Shown here one piece after another: positions 1 to 9,872 of a DNA stretch of 64,000 bases. The stretch spans positions 105,892 to 169,891 of the forward strand of contig JBDRRF010000051.1 in the NCBI GenBank assembly GCA_043825875.1, written 5' to 3'. The notes below the pieces were generated by a model. The model ran no database searches. It was not told the DNA's origin and was given only the letters and a program-made list of their open reading frames with translations. The DNA comes from Pseudomonadota bacterium (GTDB taxonomy: Bacteria; Desulfobacterota; Desulfobacteria; Desulfobacterales; RPRI01). The translations under genes and the position numbers were made by a program. Every line of letters begins with the position of its first letter. Position 1 is the first letter of the stretch.

Positions 1-1070
1 ATAAGCTTTACGGCTTTTTCAGGATCTCTATATAATCTGAGAGTGCTTTCAAGAGCAGCAAGAGTCAGTTTATCAATGCGAAGCGCTCTTGTTAAAGGAT
101 TCTTCTTAATAACATCAATGATATCTTTCTTGCCAACTATGATTCCTGCCTGAGGGCCGCCTAACAATTTGTCTCCGCTAAAAGTTACTATGTCTGCTCC
201 CGCCGATACCGATTCCTGGACAGTCGGTTCTTTGGTAAGGCCGTACATTGAAAAATCGATAAAAGTACCGCTGCCCAAATCTTCCATAACAGGAATATTA
301 TATTTTGAGCCTAATAAAATAAGCTCCTTTAAATCAGCACTTTCTGTAAAACCTACAACACTGAAATTACTGGTATGAACCTTAAGCAACAGCCCTGTAT
401 CGCTTTCAATTGCTTTTTCATAATCCTTAACACGGGTTCTGTTCGTAGTTCCGACTTCCTTTAAAATGGCTCCGCTTTTTGCAATAATATCAGGTATCCG
501 AAACGATCCACCAATCTCAACAAGCTCACCTCTTGATACTATTACTGTTTTACTTCTGGCCATTGTTTCAAGACATAACAAGACTGCTGCGGCATTATTG
601 TTGACAGCCATAGCAGCTTCTGCGCCGCTTAATTCACATAAAATTTCTTCAACACTGGCGTATCTGGTACCGCGCTCACCTTTATTAAGATCAAATTCAA
701 GGTTCGAATAATTTCCTGCAATCAAGCCAAGATTTTTTATGATATCGGCTGCAAGGATAGAACGGCCAAGATTTGTATGAATAACCACACCGGTCGCATT
801 AATAACCTGCGTAAGATTAGGCGCCATTGACTTATTTGCGGCAAATTTTATTTTTTCCATAATAAGCGAATCGCTCAGATCTGTTTCGGCGGGAAGCTTT
901 GTAACATCTAAAATTTCATTTCTTAATTTTCCAACAACTTTTCTTATAGATAAAAGAAGAACCGATCTCGGTATGTCATTAAAGGCAGGTTCCGTTTTTG
1001 AAAGTTCAAGAATATAGTCTACGCCGGGAAGCATTTTTAAGAGGTTTTGCTGTTTTTCATTTAATTCCAT
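1..1070 (-). CDS. selA: L-seryl-tRNA(Sec) selenium transferase (3' end runs off the window)
   Basis: Manual translation: MELNEKQQNLLKMLPGVD..., VINATGVVIHTNLGRS, VNNNAAAVLL, SRGELVEIGGSFRIPD, SGDKLLGGPQAGI are SelA motifs. Confidence 0.95.
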   Translation of the reverse strand, partial: MELNEKQQNLLKMLPGVDYILELSKTEPAFNDIPRSVLLLSIRKVVGKLRNEILDVTKLPAETDLSDSLIMEKIKFAANKSMAPNLTQVINATGVVIHTNLGRSILAADIIKNLGLIAGNYSNLEFDLNKGERGTRYASVEEILCELSGAEAAMAVNNNAAAVLLCLETMARSKTVIVSRGELVEIGGSFRIPDIIAKSGAILKEVGTTNRTRVKDYEKAIESDTGLLLKVHTSNFSVVGFTESADLKELILLGSKYNIPVMEDLGSGTFIDFSMYGLTKEPTVQESVSAGADIVTFSGDKLLGGPQAGIIVGKKDIIDVIKKNPLTRALRIDKLTLAALESTLRLYRDPEKAVKL

Positions 1071-1120
1071 ATCGTAATTTCCGATTATAAGCTTTATTTC
1101 TCCTTAAATTATTATTTGCA

Positions 1121-1170
1121 TGCTTCAGCCGCGCGAGGTACGAACGTCAGCTGGAAGCAATTGTTGGAGA
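1121..1170 (-). mobile_element. attC site lacking its R' core
   Basis: Minus strand TCTCCAAC-AAT-TGCTTC[C]AGCTG[A]CG-loop-CGCGGCTGAAGCA: hairpin with two extrahelical bases; no GTT follows. Confidence 0.75.
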
Positions 1171-1625
1171 TTCTTGATTCGATTCATAAGTTCTGAAATC
1201 TTTGGGACCTCTTGATCGATCTCTGATACATGCTTGCCGATTAAAGAACCTCGGTTGATTTGAATTCGGTCGTGAAGAATCTGAAGTGCTCCGATAGGAT
1301 AGGCTTCTTTCCTTTCTTCCATATAAGCGACCAATTTTTCAGTCTCGTCAATAGTCAGAGATAAATCCGTCACAAATCCGATCCAATCCTCATCCCTTTC
1401 GGAAGTCAGATATTTGTCAGCTAATACAAAAATACTGGATTCTGTTTCTTTCTCTTTTAGATAGACTGGTCCTCCGCCGTGCATGCCCGAGTGAGGATAA
1501 TACTCAACCCAGATCGTCTCAGATTCCTTTTCATTGTATTCTTTTCGCCAATTTTGCCGATCATCAAAGACTAATTCACAGGATCTCAAGATCCGTTTCT
1601 GATCTGACTGGTTTAGGACATACAT
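1125..1625 (-). CDS. Hypothetical protein carried by a solitary gene cassette
   Basis: 166 aa ORF preceded by GTTGGAGA (1641-1634) and followed by the complementary TCTCCAAC; the ORF reads into the attC. Confidence 0.7.
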   Translation of the reverse strand: MYVLNQSDQKRILRSCELVFDDRQNWRKEYNEKESETIWVEYYPHSGMHGGGPVYLKEKETESSIFVLADKYLTSERDEDWIGFVTDLSLTIDETEKLVAYMEERKEAYPIGALQILHDRIQINRGSLIGKHVSEIDQEVPKISELMNRIKNLQQLLPADVRTSRG

Positions 1626-1794
1626 TCTTTAGATCTCCAACAAATGTTATTATAATTCATGCCTTTTTTCAGACTTTTTACATACCATTTTATACTCAAT
1701 TAATTCAACATTTTTCTTTACTGTTGCATATAAAACATAATTTAGTGTATGTAAGATTTAAGGTTATCTATCGGGGTTGGAATCGGGAGTTTAC

Positions 1795-2850
1795 ATGAAA
1801 AATATACTTGTTACAGGCGGATGCGGATTTATCGGATCAAATTTCATACGATATATTTTATCGGAAACCGGATTTGACGGGCGTATTGTAAACGTAGACA
1901 AGCTTACATATGCCGGAAACATGGAAAATCTATCGGGCATCAAAGAAGCTTTTCCTGATCGCTATTACTTTTCCAAAACCGATATTTGCGATCTTTCGGA
2001 GCTGACCGGTCTTTTTAAGACATATGATATTGATACAATATGTCATTTTGCCGCAGAATCACATGTTGACAGATCAATAACAAAACCCGGAGATTTTATC
2101 CGCACAAATATAGAAGGTACTTTTTGCCTTTTGGAGCTTGCAAGGCAATTTAAAGACAAGCTTGAACTCTTTCATCATGTGAGTACCGACGAAGTCTTTG
2201 GTTCACTCGGTGAATCAGGATACTTCACTGAAACAACACCATATAATCCCAGCAGCCCCTATTCTGCTTCCAAAGCTTCCTCAGACCACCTTGTAAGAGC
2301 TTATTCCATAACCTACGGGATTCCTGTTACGATATCCAATTGCTCAAATAATTACGGGCCGTATCAATTTCCCGAAAAGCTTATCCCTCTGATGATTTTA
2401 AATGCCATAGGAAATGAACCGCTTCCGGTATATGGCCAAGGTGTTAATGTCCGCGACTGGCTTTATGTAATAGATCATTGCAAAGCCATATGGACGATAA
2501 TGAAAAACGGGCGCAGAGGCGATACATATAATATAGGCGGAGACTGTGAAAAACGAAATATTGATGTAGTAAATATCATCTGCGACCTTGTGGATAAGTT
2601 GATTCCTTTAGAAAATACAACACCAAGAAAGAATTTGATAACTTTTGTAAAAGACAGGCCAGGGCATGATCTAAGATACGCAATAGATTTTACAAAACTT
2701 AAAAATGAGCTTGAATGGATACCATCAGAAACATTTGAATCAGGAATTGAAAAAACCATAAAATGGTATATTGATAATACAAATTGGGTGGCAAGGATCA
2801 AAAGCGGCGAATACAAAAAATGGATAAAACAACAATATGAAGACCGGTAA
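1795..2850 (+). CDS. rfbB: dTDP-glucose 4,6-dehydratase
   Basis: GGCGFIG, HFAAESHVDRSI, STDEVFG, YSASK, DRPGHD motifs; start refined to MKNILVTGG. Confidence 0.97.
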   Translation: MKNILVTGGCGFIGSNFIRYILSETGFDGRIVNVDKLTYAGNMENLSGIKEAFPDRYYFSKTDICDLSELTGLFKTYDIDTICHFAAESHVDRSITKPGDFIRTNIEGTFCLLELARQFKDKLELFHHVSTDEVFGSLGESGYFTETTPYNPSSPYSASKASSDHLVRAYSITYGIPVTISNCSNNYGPYQFPEKLIPLMILNAIGNEPLPVYGQGVNVRDWLYVIDHCKAIWTIMKNGRRGDTYNIGGDCEKRNIDVVNIICDLVDKLIPLENTTPRKNLITFVKDRPGHDLRYAIDFTKLKNELEWIPSETFESGIEKTIKWYIDNTNWVARIKSGEYKKWIKQQYEDR

Positions 2851-2871
2851 CAAGATTATAGAGGCCTGAAT

Positions 2872-3591
2872 TTGAAAAGCGCAAAAGATTACATTATATT
2901 TCCTCTCGATGTCCCATCGGTAAAAGATGCAAAACATTATGTAAAACTTCTTTCCAATCATGTTGGAATGTTTAAAATAGGGCTTGAACTTTTCATAAGG
3001 TCAGGACCTGATGTAGTAAAAATGATTAAAGATATAAGTAATGCAGGTATTTTTCTGGATCTTAAGCTGCATGATATACCAGAAACAGTAAAACGCTCTA
3101 CAGAAAGCATTGCCGATCTTGACGTGGATTTAACTACTGTTCATTGTGCCGAATCAAATGCAATGCTAAAAGCCGCTGTAGCGGGCTGCAAAGGTAAAGT
3201 GGCTATTCTTGGGGTAACCTTATTAACTAGTATATCTTCCAAGGACATCCGGGATGCCGGTTTTGAAAATCAATACTATGCCGATATTTCAAAGCTTGTT
3301 TTAAAAAAAGCTAAGATGGCAAAAGATGCAGGATGTAAAGGGGTAGTCTGCTCCGGGCTTGAAGTTATGATGATAAAAAAATCATTCGGCAAAGAATTTA
3401 TCGCCGTAACACCCGGCATAAGACCTGCATGGAGTTTATCGGAAAAAGACGACCAGAAGCGCGTTACAACACCTGCCGATGCAATAAAAAACGGCTCCGA
3501 TTATCTTGTAATAGGAAGACCTGTAAGGGATGCAAAAAATCCTCTTGATGCAGCCATAATGACTGCGGAAGAAATTGAATCCGCACTGTAA
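2872..3591 (+). CDS. pyrF: Orotidine-5'-phosphate decarboxylase
   Basis: FLDLKLHDIPETV, VTPGIRP, DDQKRV, LVIGRP. Confidence 0.97.
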   Translation: MKSAKDYIIFPLDVPSVKDAKHYVKLLSNHVGMFKIGLELFIRSGPDVVKMIKDISNAGIFLDLKLHDIPETVKRSTESIADLDVDLTTVHCAESNAMLKAAVAGCKGKVAILGVTLLTSISSKDIRDAGFENQYYADISKLVLKKAKMAKDAGCKGVVCSGLEVMMIKKSFGKEFIAVTPGIRPAWSLSEKDDQKRVTTPADAIKNGSDYLVIGRPVRDAKNPLDAAIMTAEEIESAL

Positions 3592-3614
3592 TAAAGCAAA
3601 TTAATTTGCCAATA

Positions 3615-3756
3615 GAGCCACTTTCAAAACGTTTCAGTTTGGTCAAGCTCAAGGCGGGAGGAAATTTCAACCACAGGAATACATTTAGTATTTCGAGGAT
3701 TGAAATTTGAGCCCAACGCAGAGATCGGCCAAAATGGGGCATTTTGAAACTGGCTC
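3615..3756. mobile_element. 142-bp MITE, copy 1
   Basis: TIRs GAGCCACTTTCAAAA / TTTTGAAACTGGCTC, 4-bp TSD AATA; near-identical copies at 18197 and 61639. Confidence 0.9.
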
Positions 3757-3788
3757 AATATTAATAATCAATGCATGAGGTAGTAAGA

Positions 3789-5624
3789 ATGAATGACTAC
3801 ATTCAATATTACGGCCTTTCAGAAAATCCGTTCGATATCTCGCCGGATTCAAAATTCTTCTTTCCTTCAGAAAGTCATAAGGAAGCTTTAGCCTCTTTGC
3901 TCTACGTAGTCAAGGAACGCAAAGGATTCATGCTGCTTATCGGCGAAGAAGGCTCTGGCAAAACCATTCTGGTAAACCACCTGATCAAGAGTTTGGATAA
4001 TAATGAAAATGTAGTCTATTTTTCGGATGGGAATCTTTCATACGAACAGATATTAAAGGAACTTCTGATCAAACTGAAGCTGTCACCTAAAAGAATCAAT
4101 AAAGCTGCTATGCTTTTTGAATTAAATGATTATTTAATACAAAATCTGGCTCTGGGGAAAAATCTGATTCTTATTATCGATGAAGCTCAAAACATTTCCG
4201 GGGATGTATTGGAAGAACTGCGATTGACATCCAATCTGGAAACCAGCACATCAAAGCTTTTGCAAATAATTTTTGTGGGCAGGCCAAAACTCGAAGCCAA
4301 ACTTAATACCAGAGGCTTAAGGCAGCTAAAACAAAGGATCGGCACAATAGGTCGTATCACTCGTTTAAGCCCTGCGGAATCGATAGAATATATTAATCAT
4401 CGATTACTGCATGCAGGATGTGATAGTACTGATATATTTTCATCAAAAGCACTTGCTTTAATTTGCAGGCATTCAGATGGCATCCCTATAAACATTAATC
4501 TTCTCTGCCACAATGCCTTATTTAAAGGATTTGAATACTCAGAAAAACCAATCTTAGCTAAAACGATAAGAAAGATCCGCAATAAAGGCTATCTTTTAGA
4601 AGATAAACAAACAAAAGACGCTGTAACCGGGCATAAACAAAAACCCCGCTTCACATTCGCAAAACGGAAAGTATGGCTTAAAAGATCTCTTTATTTATGC
4701 CTTACTTTCGGATGCATAATGCTTGCAGTGTTGCTGGGTGAAAAACATCTGAATAACATCCCTGAAATCTCTAAATCATTAACTTATTTCAAACCAACCA
4801 CTGTAAGTAAAAAAGTTCCCAAAAAAGTTAAAATAAAAGCCCCCGTTACAAAAAAAGTAATAACCGACGCTACAGTCATCGAGGAGGTTTTAGTACCTGA
4901 ACCATTACCGGTTATACCTTTAATGGATAATCAGCCTGAACAAAATACTTCTGACACTTCTAATACTTCTGATACAGCTGACACTTCTGATATATCTGAT
5001 ACTTCTAATACTTCTGATACTTCTGATATTTCTGATATTTCTGATATTTCTGATATAGCTGACACTTCTAATACAGCTGATACAGCTGGCACTTCTGTTA
5101 TTTCTGATACAGCTGATACTTTTAATACAGCTGATACCGCTGATCTGAAAGATCCGCCCAGTGTACCGGAAACAAACGGGTTACGATATGAAAAAATTGT
5201 TACTATTAATGAAGGAGATACTCTTTACCTCTTAATTCTAAACAATTATAATCTGGCAAACACAACACTGCTGGATATTATCATAGCATTCAACCCGGAA
5301 ATCCCCAATCCTGATCTGATTTTCTTAAATAGTAAAATTCGTATGCCGGAAATTACAGAATCAAATCTGATTGAAATATCATCTGATGGAAGCATCAATG
5401 CTCATCTTGGAACTTTTTCAACCCGCAAAAAAGCTGTAAATTACAAGAGTTTGATCAATATTACTGATAAGGAAATTGCAATTATACCCAAAACAGTACC
5501 ACCCGACAAAACATGGTTCAGAGTTATTGCAGGGCCTTTTACTAATGAAGAAGATTGTTTGAAAATGCTTAAGGAATTAAGGCAAAAAGGGCTTCTGCCA
5601 GCTTTCGGAAAAATCTCAAATTGA
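3789..5624 (+). CDS. ExeA/GspA-like AAA ATPase with TM helix, low-complexity linker, LysM-like and SPOR-like C-terminal domains
   Basis: YYGLSENPF, GEEGSGKT, IIDEAQ, LKQRI, GIPININLLC; EGDTLY...NPEIPNPDLI (LysM-like); WFRVIAGPF (SPOR-like). Confidence 0.85.
   Translation: MNDYIQYYGLSENPFDISPDSKFFFPSESHKEALASLLYVVKERKGFMLLIGEEGSGKTILVNHLIKSLDNNENVVYFSDGNLSYEQILKELLIKLKLSPKRINKAAMLFELNDYLIQNLALGKNLILIIDEAQNISGDVLEELRLTSNLETSTSKLLQIIFVGRPKLEAKLNTRGLRQLKQRIGTIGRITRLSPAESIEYINHRLLHAGCDSTDIFSSKALALICRHSDGIPININLLCHNALFKGFEYSEKPILAKTIRKIRNKGYLLEDKQTKDAVTGHKQKPRFTFAKRKVWLKRSLYLCLTFGCIMLAVLLGEKHLNNIPEISKSLTYFKPTTVSKKVPKKVKIKAPVTKKVITDATVIEEVLVPEPLPVIPLMDNQPEQNTSDTSNTSDTADTSDISDTSNTSDTSDISDISDISDIADTSNTADTAGTSVISDTADTFNTADTADLKDPPSVPETNGLRYEKIVTINEGDTLYLLILNNYNLANTTLLDIIIAFNPEIPNPDLIFLNSKIRMPEITESNLIEISSDGSINAHLGTFSTRKKAVNYKSLINITDKEIAIIPKTVPPDKTWFRVIAGPFTNEEDCLKMLKELRQKGLLPAFGKISN
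4945..5142 (+). repeat. 22 x 9-bp coding tandem repeat (ATACTTCTG-like; SDT/ADT/SDI tripeptides)
   Basis: Direct reading of the DNA and the translation. Confidence 0.95.
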
Positions 5625-5732
5625 AATAAATTTTCTGTCACAACTTAAAAAGGCCCAATTGAAGAATGGCGAATAGAAAAAAATAACGTTTAATGTGCAA
5701 GGACTCTTGTAACCGAAGTCAGGTTGAAAGGC

Positions 5733-5959
5733 TTAGCCAATTTTATTATACTTTGTCATCCGCCCATTTCTCACTGCTTCTATTTTTTTACTATCAACAA
5801 GTTGTTTTAAATCTCTGCTTTCTGTAACTGTCGATATTCCTTTATTTATCCTCATATATTCTTTTCTATCATTATAACTCCTTATGATTGTATCTATGAA
5901 TGATAATCTGCAATTTCCACATTCATTGGCCCATTCCCGGTCCAAATGAAACAAATGCG
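5733..5959 (-). pseudogene. Composite debris: higB 3' end/higA start fused to a winged-helix C-terminal fragment
   Basis: 5867-5959 is a near copy of 9846-9938; the downstream frame RKEYMRINKGISTVTESRDLKQLV...GRMTKY resembles a wHTH tail. Confidence 0.6.
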
Positions 5960-6088
5960 CTGGGAAGAATCTTAACAAACAAAATTAAGCAAAAAAAGAT
6001 TTTGCTTGTAAACAGGATAAATAAAAGTATGATAATATAATCAAGCCTTTTAAAAATTTATCATCAAGTTACTATCGGAGATACCCAT

Positions 6089-8656
6089 ATGAAAAAAGCC
6101 CTTATTACCATAGGAATCATTCTGGCTCTTATTCTCTGTGTCATTATTATTCTACCGTTTGTGATTGATATTAACTCTATTGTGGCAAAACAAATTCCAA
6201 CCATCGAAAAACAGTTAAACCGGAAAGTTGTTATTGGTGATGTTAAATTAACGATACTTACCGGTTTGGGAGCAGAAATCAAAAATGTCAAAATCTCCAA
6301 CAGCCCGGATTTTAAGCAGCAAGACTTTGTCAGTATAGACAGTTTAAAAGCCACGGTACAAGTTCTGCCACTACTTAAAAAAAAGTTTCTGATTTCTTCC
6401 GTATCAATTAATACTCCTTCAATACTGATTGAAAGAGATGCAAAAGGCAGATTTAATTTTTCCGATATGATCCCAACGAAACCGCCTGAAAAAGCTCCTC
6501 CTGCAAAACCGCAAAAAAAAGACGAAACAGAAAATCCGCTGGCGGCTCTTGAAAATATTTCCGTATCCAAAATTTCTATAACAGATGGAAATTTTAAATT
6601 TATTGACGCTTACAATACTAAAACTGCCAAAGAAATTGCTTTGGACAAATTCAATCTTACAATGAAAGCAGTTTCATTATCTGAAAAAATCAACATTGAT
6701 TTTGAAACCGATGTTTATGCAAGTCCCAAGGCAGGACATGTTTTGCTTTCGGGTGATATTGGCCCCATCGGCCAAAAGCCGGTACCTGAAAATATTCCCG
6801 TTGATCTGACTTTATCTGTTGATGATGTCAATCTACCCCATCTTATGCAATATATTAAAGGAATTAATATCAAATCCGGCGCTGTTGATGTCAAAATGGA
6901 TTTAAAAGGACGTTTGAGCGATAACCTTCAATGCCGCCTCGGCATTGACTGGGACAAGCTGGACTTAGTACTGGCAGACAACACCAAAGAAGAATCAGCT
7001 CCACAGCTCTTAATGGACGGCTCATGGAAAATCGAGGCCAATATTTTGTCAAAAAGCTTGGCTGAAGATTTAAGCTTTAAAACCGACATGGATGCAACAA
7101 AAGGAAAAATTGCGTTTGGAAATCTGTTTACAAAGGATGCGGGTATACCCCTATCACTTAATATAAACGGTCTTTATAAAAAAGATATTCTAAAAGTTGA
7201 TAATCTCGAATTTATCTTAAATAAAATAGTACTGACCGGCTTAGCCGATATTTCCAATTTTGCCGATCCGTCTATTAATGGAACCTTAAAGATGGCCCCT
7301 GCCCCGCTGGATTCACTGGCTCCGATTCTGCCCTCATTAAAAGCTTATAAACTCGAAGGAGATCTGGCGCTTTCCGATGTCCGTTTCAAGGGAAAAATCA
7401 ATAAGCTAAAAAATCTTACCGGTGTTGCCGCCAGTTTAACCCTTAAAAACGGGAGCGCTACATCCGCCGAACTCGGGAAAAAGATTGAAAGCATTCAGGT
7501 AGCTGTAAATATAGCTGATAATGCCGTTAAGATACAAAATACATCGCTTCGTATCGGACCTTCTGATCTAAGCCTTAATGCAACCATACGAAACATTATG
7601 AAACCGGACATTACATTCAACCTTGCTTCTAATTATCTCGATATTGACACACTGATGCCCGCATCCGCGAAAGAAAAACAAAAAGCTATAAAAAAGGAAC
7701 CTAAAGCAGGCGAATCAAAAGCGGCCGAATCAAAAACAAAAACATCCGAAAAGCAAAAAGCCCCGGATTTAAAAGCACAGGGGAAGATCTCTATTAAAAA
7801 ATGCAAATACAATAAATCGGATTTTGAAAATGTTTCAGCTGAAATTCAATATGAAAACGCGGTTGCCACATTAAAAAATATAAGTTTTGACAGCTTCGAT
7901 GGTAACATAAAAGCAAATGCAAAAGTAAATCTTAGCGATATGCAATCTCCGAAATGGGATATGGATCTTGCTACAAAAAACATTAATGTGAATAAAGTCC
8001 TGAATCAATTTACCAGTATACAAGATACACTTTTTGGAAACGTCAACAGCAACTTAAGCATTCAGGGGAAAGGATCGGACTGGAATATAATTTCAAAAAG
8101 TCTTGCAGGAAAAGGTTCTGCCGACATTACCAATGGGAAACTCGCCAATGTAAATATATTGGATGCCGTATCCGAAAGTCTTTTAAAATTTAAAGGATTA
8201 AACATGGTAGCGCAAGCCATCGCACCGGAAAAACAAAAAAGCTTAAACGAAACTGCATTTAAAGACCTTGCAGGAAAATTTAGTATCGAGGCAGGAAAAA
8301 TCGCACTTGATACCATGAAAATATCCGCAAAAGATTTTATACTATCCGGTAAAGGCGCCATTGGCCTTGATAAATCCCTTGATTTGAATACGGCAGTACT
8401 TCTTACCAAATCCGCATCCGAGCGTTTCCAAAAAGACAAGACATTAAAATACCTTTTAAATAATGATCAGCAACTGGAAATTCCCTGCACCATCAAAGGT
8501 GATGTAACATCTCCGCAAATCGCGGCAGACGGGAACAGCCTTAACCGCCTGCTTGGAAATGCCGCATCAAAGGTTGTGCAAGAACAGGTTCAAAAAAAGC
8601 TTGACGGGAAAGTGGGAAAAGAACTCGATAATGTTTTAAAAAATATATTCAAATGA
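6089..8656 (+). CDS. AsmA family protein
   Basis: N-terminal TM anchor, LNRKVVIGDVKL, IERDAKGRFNFSD, beta-rich body, AsmA-like C-terminus. Confidence 0.85.
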   Translation: MKKALITIGIILALILCVIIILPFVIDINSIVAKQIPTIEKQLNRKVVIGDVKLTILTGLGAEIKNVKISNSPDFKQQDFVSIDSLKATVQVLPLLKKKFLISSVSINTPSILIERDAKGRFNFSDMIPTKPPEKAPPAKPQKKDETENPLAALENISVSKISITDGNFKFIDAYNTKTAKEIALDKFNLTMKAVSLSEKINIDFETDVYASPKAGHVLLSGDIGPIGQKPVPENIPVDLTLSVDDVNLPHLMQYIKGINIKSGAVDVKMDLKGRLSDNLQCRLGIDWDKLDLVLADNTKEESAPQLLMDGSWKIEANILSKSLAEDLSFKTDMDATKGKIAFGNLFTKDAGIPLSLNINGLYKKDILKVDNLEFILNKIVLTGLADISNFADPSINGTLKMAPAPLDSLAPILPSLKAYKLEGDLALSDVRFKGKINKLKNLTGVAASLTLKNGSATSAELGKKIESIQVAVNIADNAVKIQNTSLRIGPSDLSLNATIRNIMKPDITFNLASNYLDIDTLMPASAKEKQKAIKKEPKAGESKAAESKTKTSEKQKAPDLKAQGKISIKKCKYNKSDFENVSAEIQYENAVATLKNISFDSFDGNIKANAKVNLSDMQSPKWDMDLATKNINVNKVLNQFTSIQDTLFGNVNSNLSIQGKGSDWNIISKSLAGKGSADITNGKLANVNILDAVSESLLKFKGLNMVAQAIAPEKQKSLNETAFKDLAGKFSIEAGKIALDTMKISAKDFILSGKGAIGLDKSLDLNTAVLLTKSASERFQKDKTLKYLLNNDQQLEIPCTIKGDVTSPQIAADGNSLNRLLGNAASKVVQEQVQKKLDGKVGKELDNVLKNIFK

Positions 8657-8702
8657 TTTATGGAAATTTGCATTCTATAAATCACAAAAACCGATAGGAA
8701 AT

Positions 8703-8736
8703 TAAAAGTCCCCGTTGCAAGCAACGGGGACTTTTA
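8703..8736. terminator. Bidirectional intrinsic terminator
   Basis: AAAAGTCCCCGTTGC-AA-GCAACGGGGACTTTT between convergent genes. Confidence 0.9.
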
Positions 8737-8756
8737 TATTAATCAGGCAAACCACT

Positions 8757-9290
8757 TTAATTAGCATTGATAGGCAATTTGTCGTGATCGACAAATATCA
8801 ATTTACTAATGTCAAACCCCGATGCAGCTGCTTTTTCTATGAGAGTATGTTTTATATCTTCTTTCATTATCGGGCTTCTTGCCAGAATCCATAAATAAGA
8901 TTTGTCAGGGCCGCATACTAGTGAATATTGGTAATTCTCATGGTCAAGTCCAAAAACTATGTAAGAACCATAAAAGGGGCCAAAGAAAGAAACTTTCAGG
9001 TAACCCTGGCTAGATCCTTTTACAAAATAAGCCTTTCCTTCGGCTTCTTTCCATGAATCTTCTTTAGCAGAGTAACCGCGATTCAGCACTCTGATACCAC
9101 CATCATCACGCAAACTATAATCTGCTGTTACGTTGTTCAAACCTTTCTCAAACGAATGATCCAATCTCACAATTTCATACCACTTACCCAGATATTTCTC
9201 TATCCTGAAATTATCAACGGGTTTTACATTTTCAGGTATTCCAACACACCCCATTAAAAATAAACAAAATACTATTGATAGTTTCTTCAT
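8757..9290 (-). CDS. blc: Lipocalin lipoprotein
   Basis: Lipobox LFLMGC, YLGKWYEI, LKVSFFGPFYG, YLWILAR. Confidence 0.92.
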   Translation of the reverse strand: MKKLSIVFCLFLMGCVGIPENVKPVDNFRIEKYLGKWYEIVRLDHSFEKGLNNVTADYSLRDDGGIRVLNRGYSAKEDSWKEAEGKAYFVKGSSQGYLKVSFFGPFYGSYIVFGLDHENYQYSLVCGPDKSYLWILARSPIMKEDIKHTLIEKAAASGFDISKLIFVDHDKLPINAN

Positions 9291-9300
9291 CTCTTTCCTT

Positions 9301-9459
9301 TTATATATTACGTTCCGCATAAACGGATGGCAATGGAGCGCGTAATGCCTTGATTATGTATTGCTCAGTATGATTGCTTATTGGGAGAGTCGTGAAGGCA
9401 GCTATTGTAACCCGGGTAATTGACTCAATGCCTGAAGTAGTTTCTTTTCTTATGAACAT
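9301..9459 (-). pseudogene. Truncated GNAT acetyltransferase (first ~41 codons) fused to an attC right-arm remnant
   Basis: Manual translation MFIRKETTSGIESITRVTIAAFTTLPISNHTEQYIIKALRA, then ...CCGTTTATGCGGAACGTAATAT. Confidence 0.7.
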
Positions 9460-9503
9460 CTAAATCTCCGGTTTATTTTTACTTTGCTGTTCCTGCAAGC
9501 CGA

Positions 9504-9851
9504 TCAGGTAGCGCTATGCTGGGTGCTGGAATTATTCGTATCAAGATTGCCAAGGGGTAACGGCTTAATGTTATTCAGAGCATCTGACTCAGATTTCTTC
9601 GCGAAATAAAGATCCCATCTCAACTGAACATTCATCCAAAAGTCTGCCGACACTCCAAAAACCTTTGCCAGTCTTAATGCTGTACTAGGAGTGATTCCAC
9701 GCCTCCCATTTACTATTTCATTTATTCGTTGATAGGGAACATTTATGGCATTAGCTAAATCTCGCTGGGTTATGCCCATTGGCTTCAAAAACTCCTCCAT
9801 CAGCATTTCCCCAGGATGGGTTGGTGTCCTATTTGTAGGTATCCGTATCAT
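9504..9851 (-). CDS. higA: HigA antitoxin (XRE HTH)
   Basis: THPGEMLMEEFL, RINEIVNGRRGITPSTALRL, FWMNVQ. Confidence 0.95.
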   Translation of the reverse strand: MIRIPTNRTPTHPGEMLMEEFLKPMGITQRDLANAINVPYQRINEIVNGRRGITPSTALRLAKVFGVSADFWMNVQLRWDLYFAKKSESDALNNIKPLPLGNLDTNNSSTQHSAT

Positions 9852-9872
9852 TATAACTCCTTATAATTGTAT

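Noticed and set aside
169..711. Plus-strand ORFs here and the many short opposite-strand ORFs in the track
   Set aside because: Antisense shadows of recognisable genes such as selA, with no motifs of their own.
1..1125. tRNA-Sec or selenoprotein genes near selA
   Set aside because: No tRNA fold or convincing in-frame TGA readthrough was recognised by eye; tRNAscan-SE would settle it.
3464..3742. ORF 3464-3742 (-) and the 3' end of ORF 18290-18481
   Set aside because: These are reading frames running through the MITE sequence.
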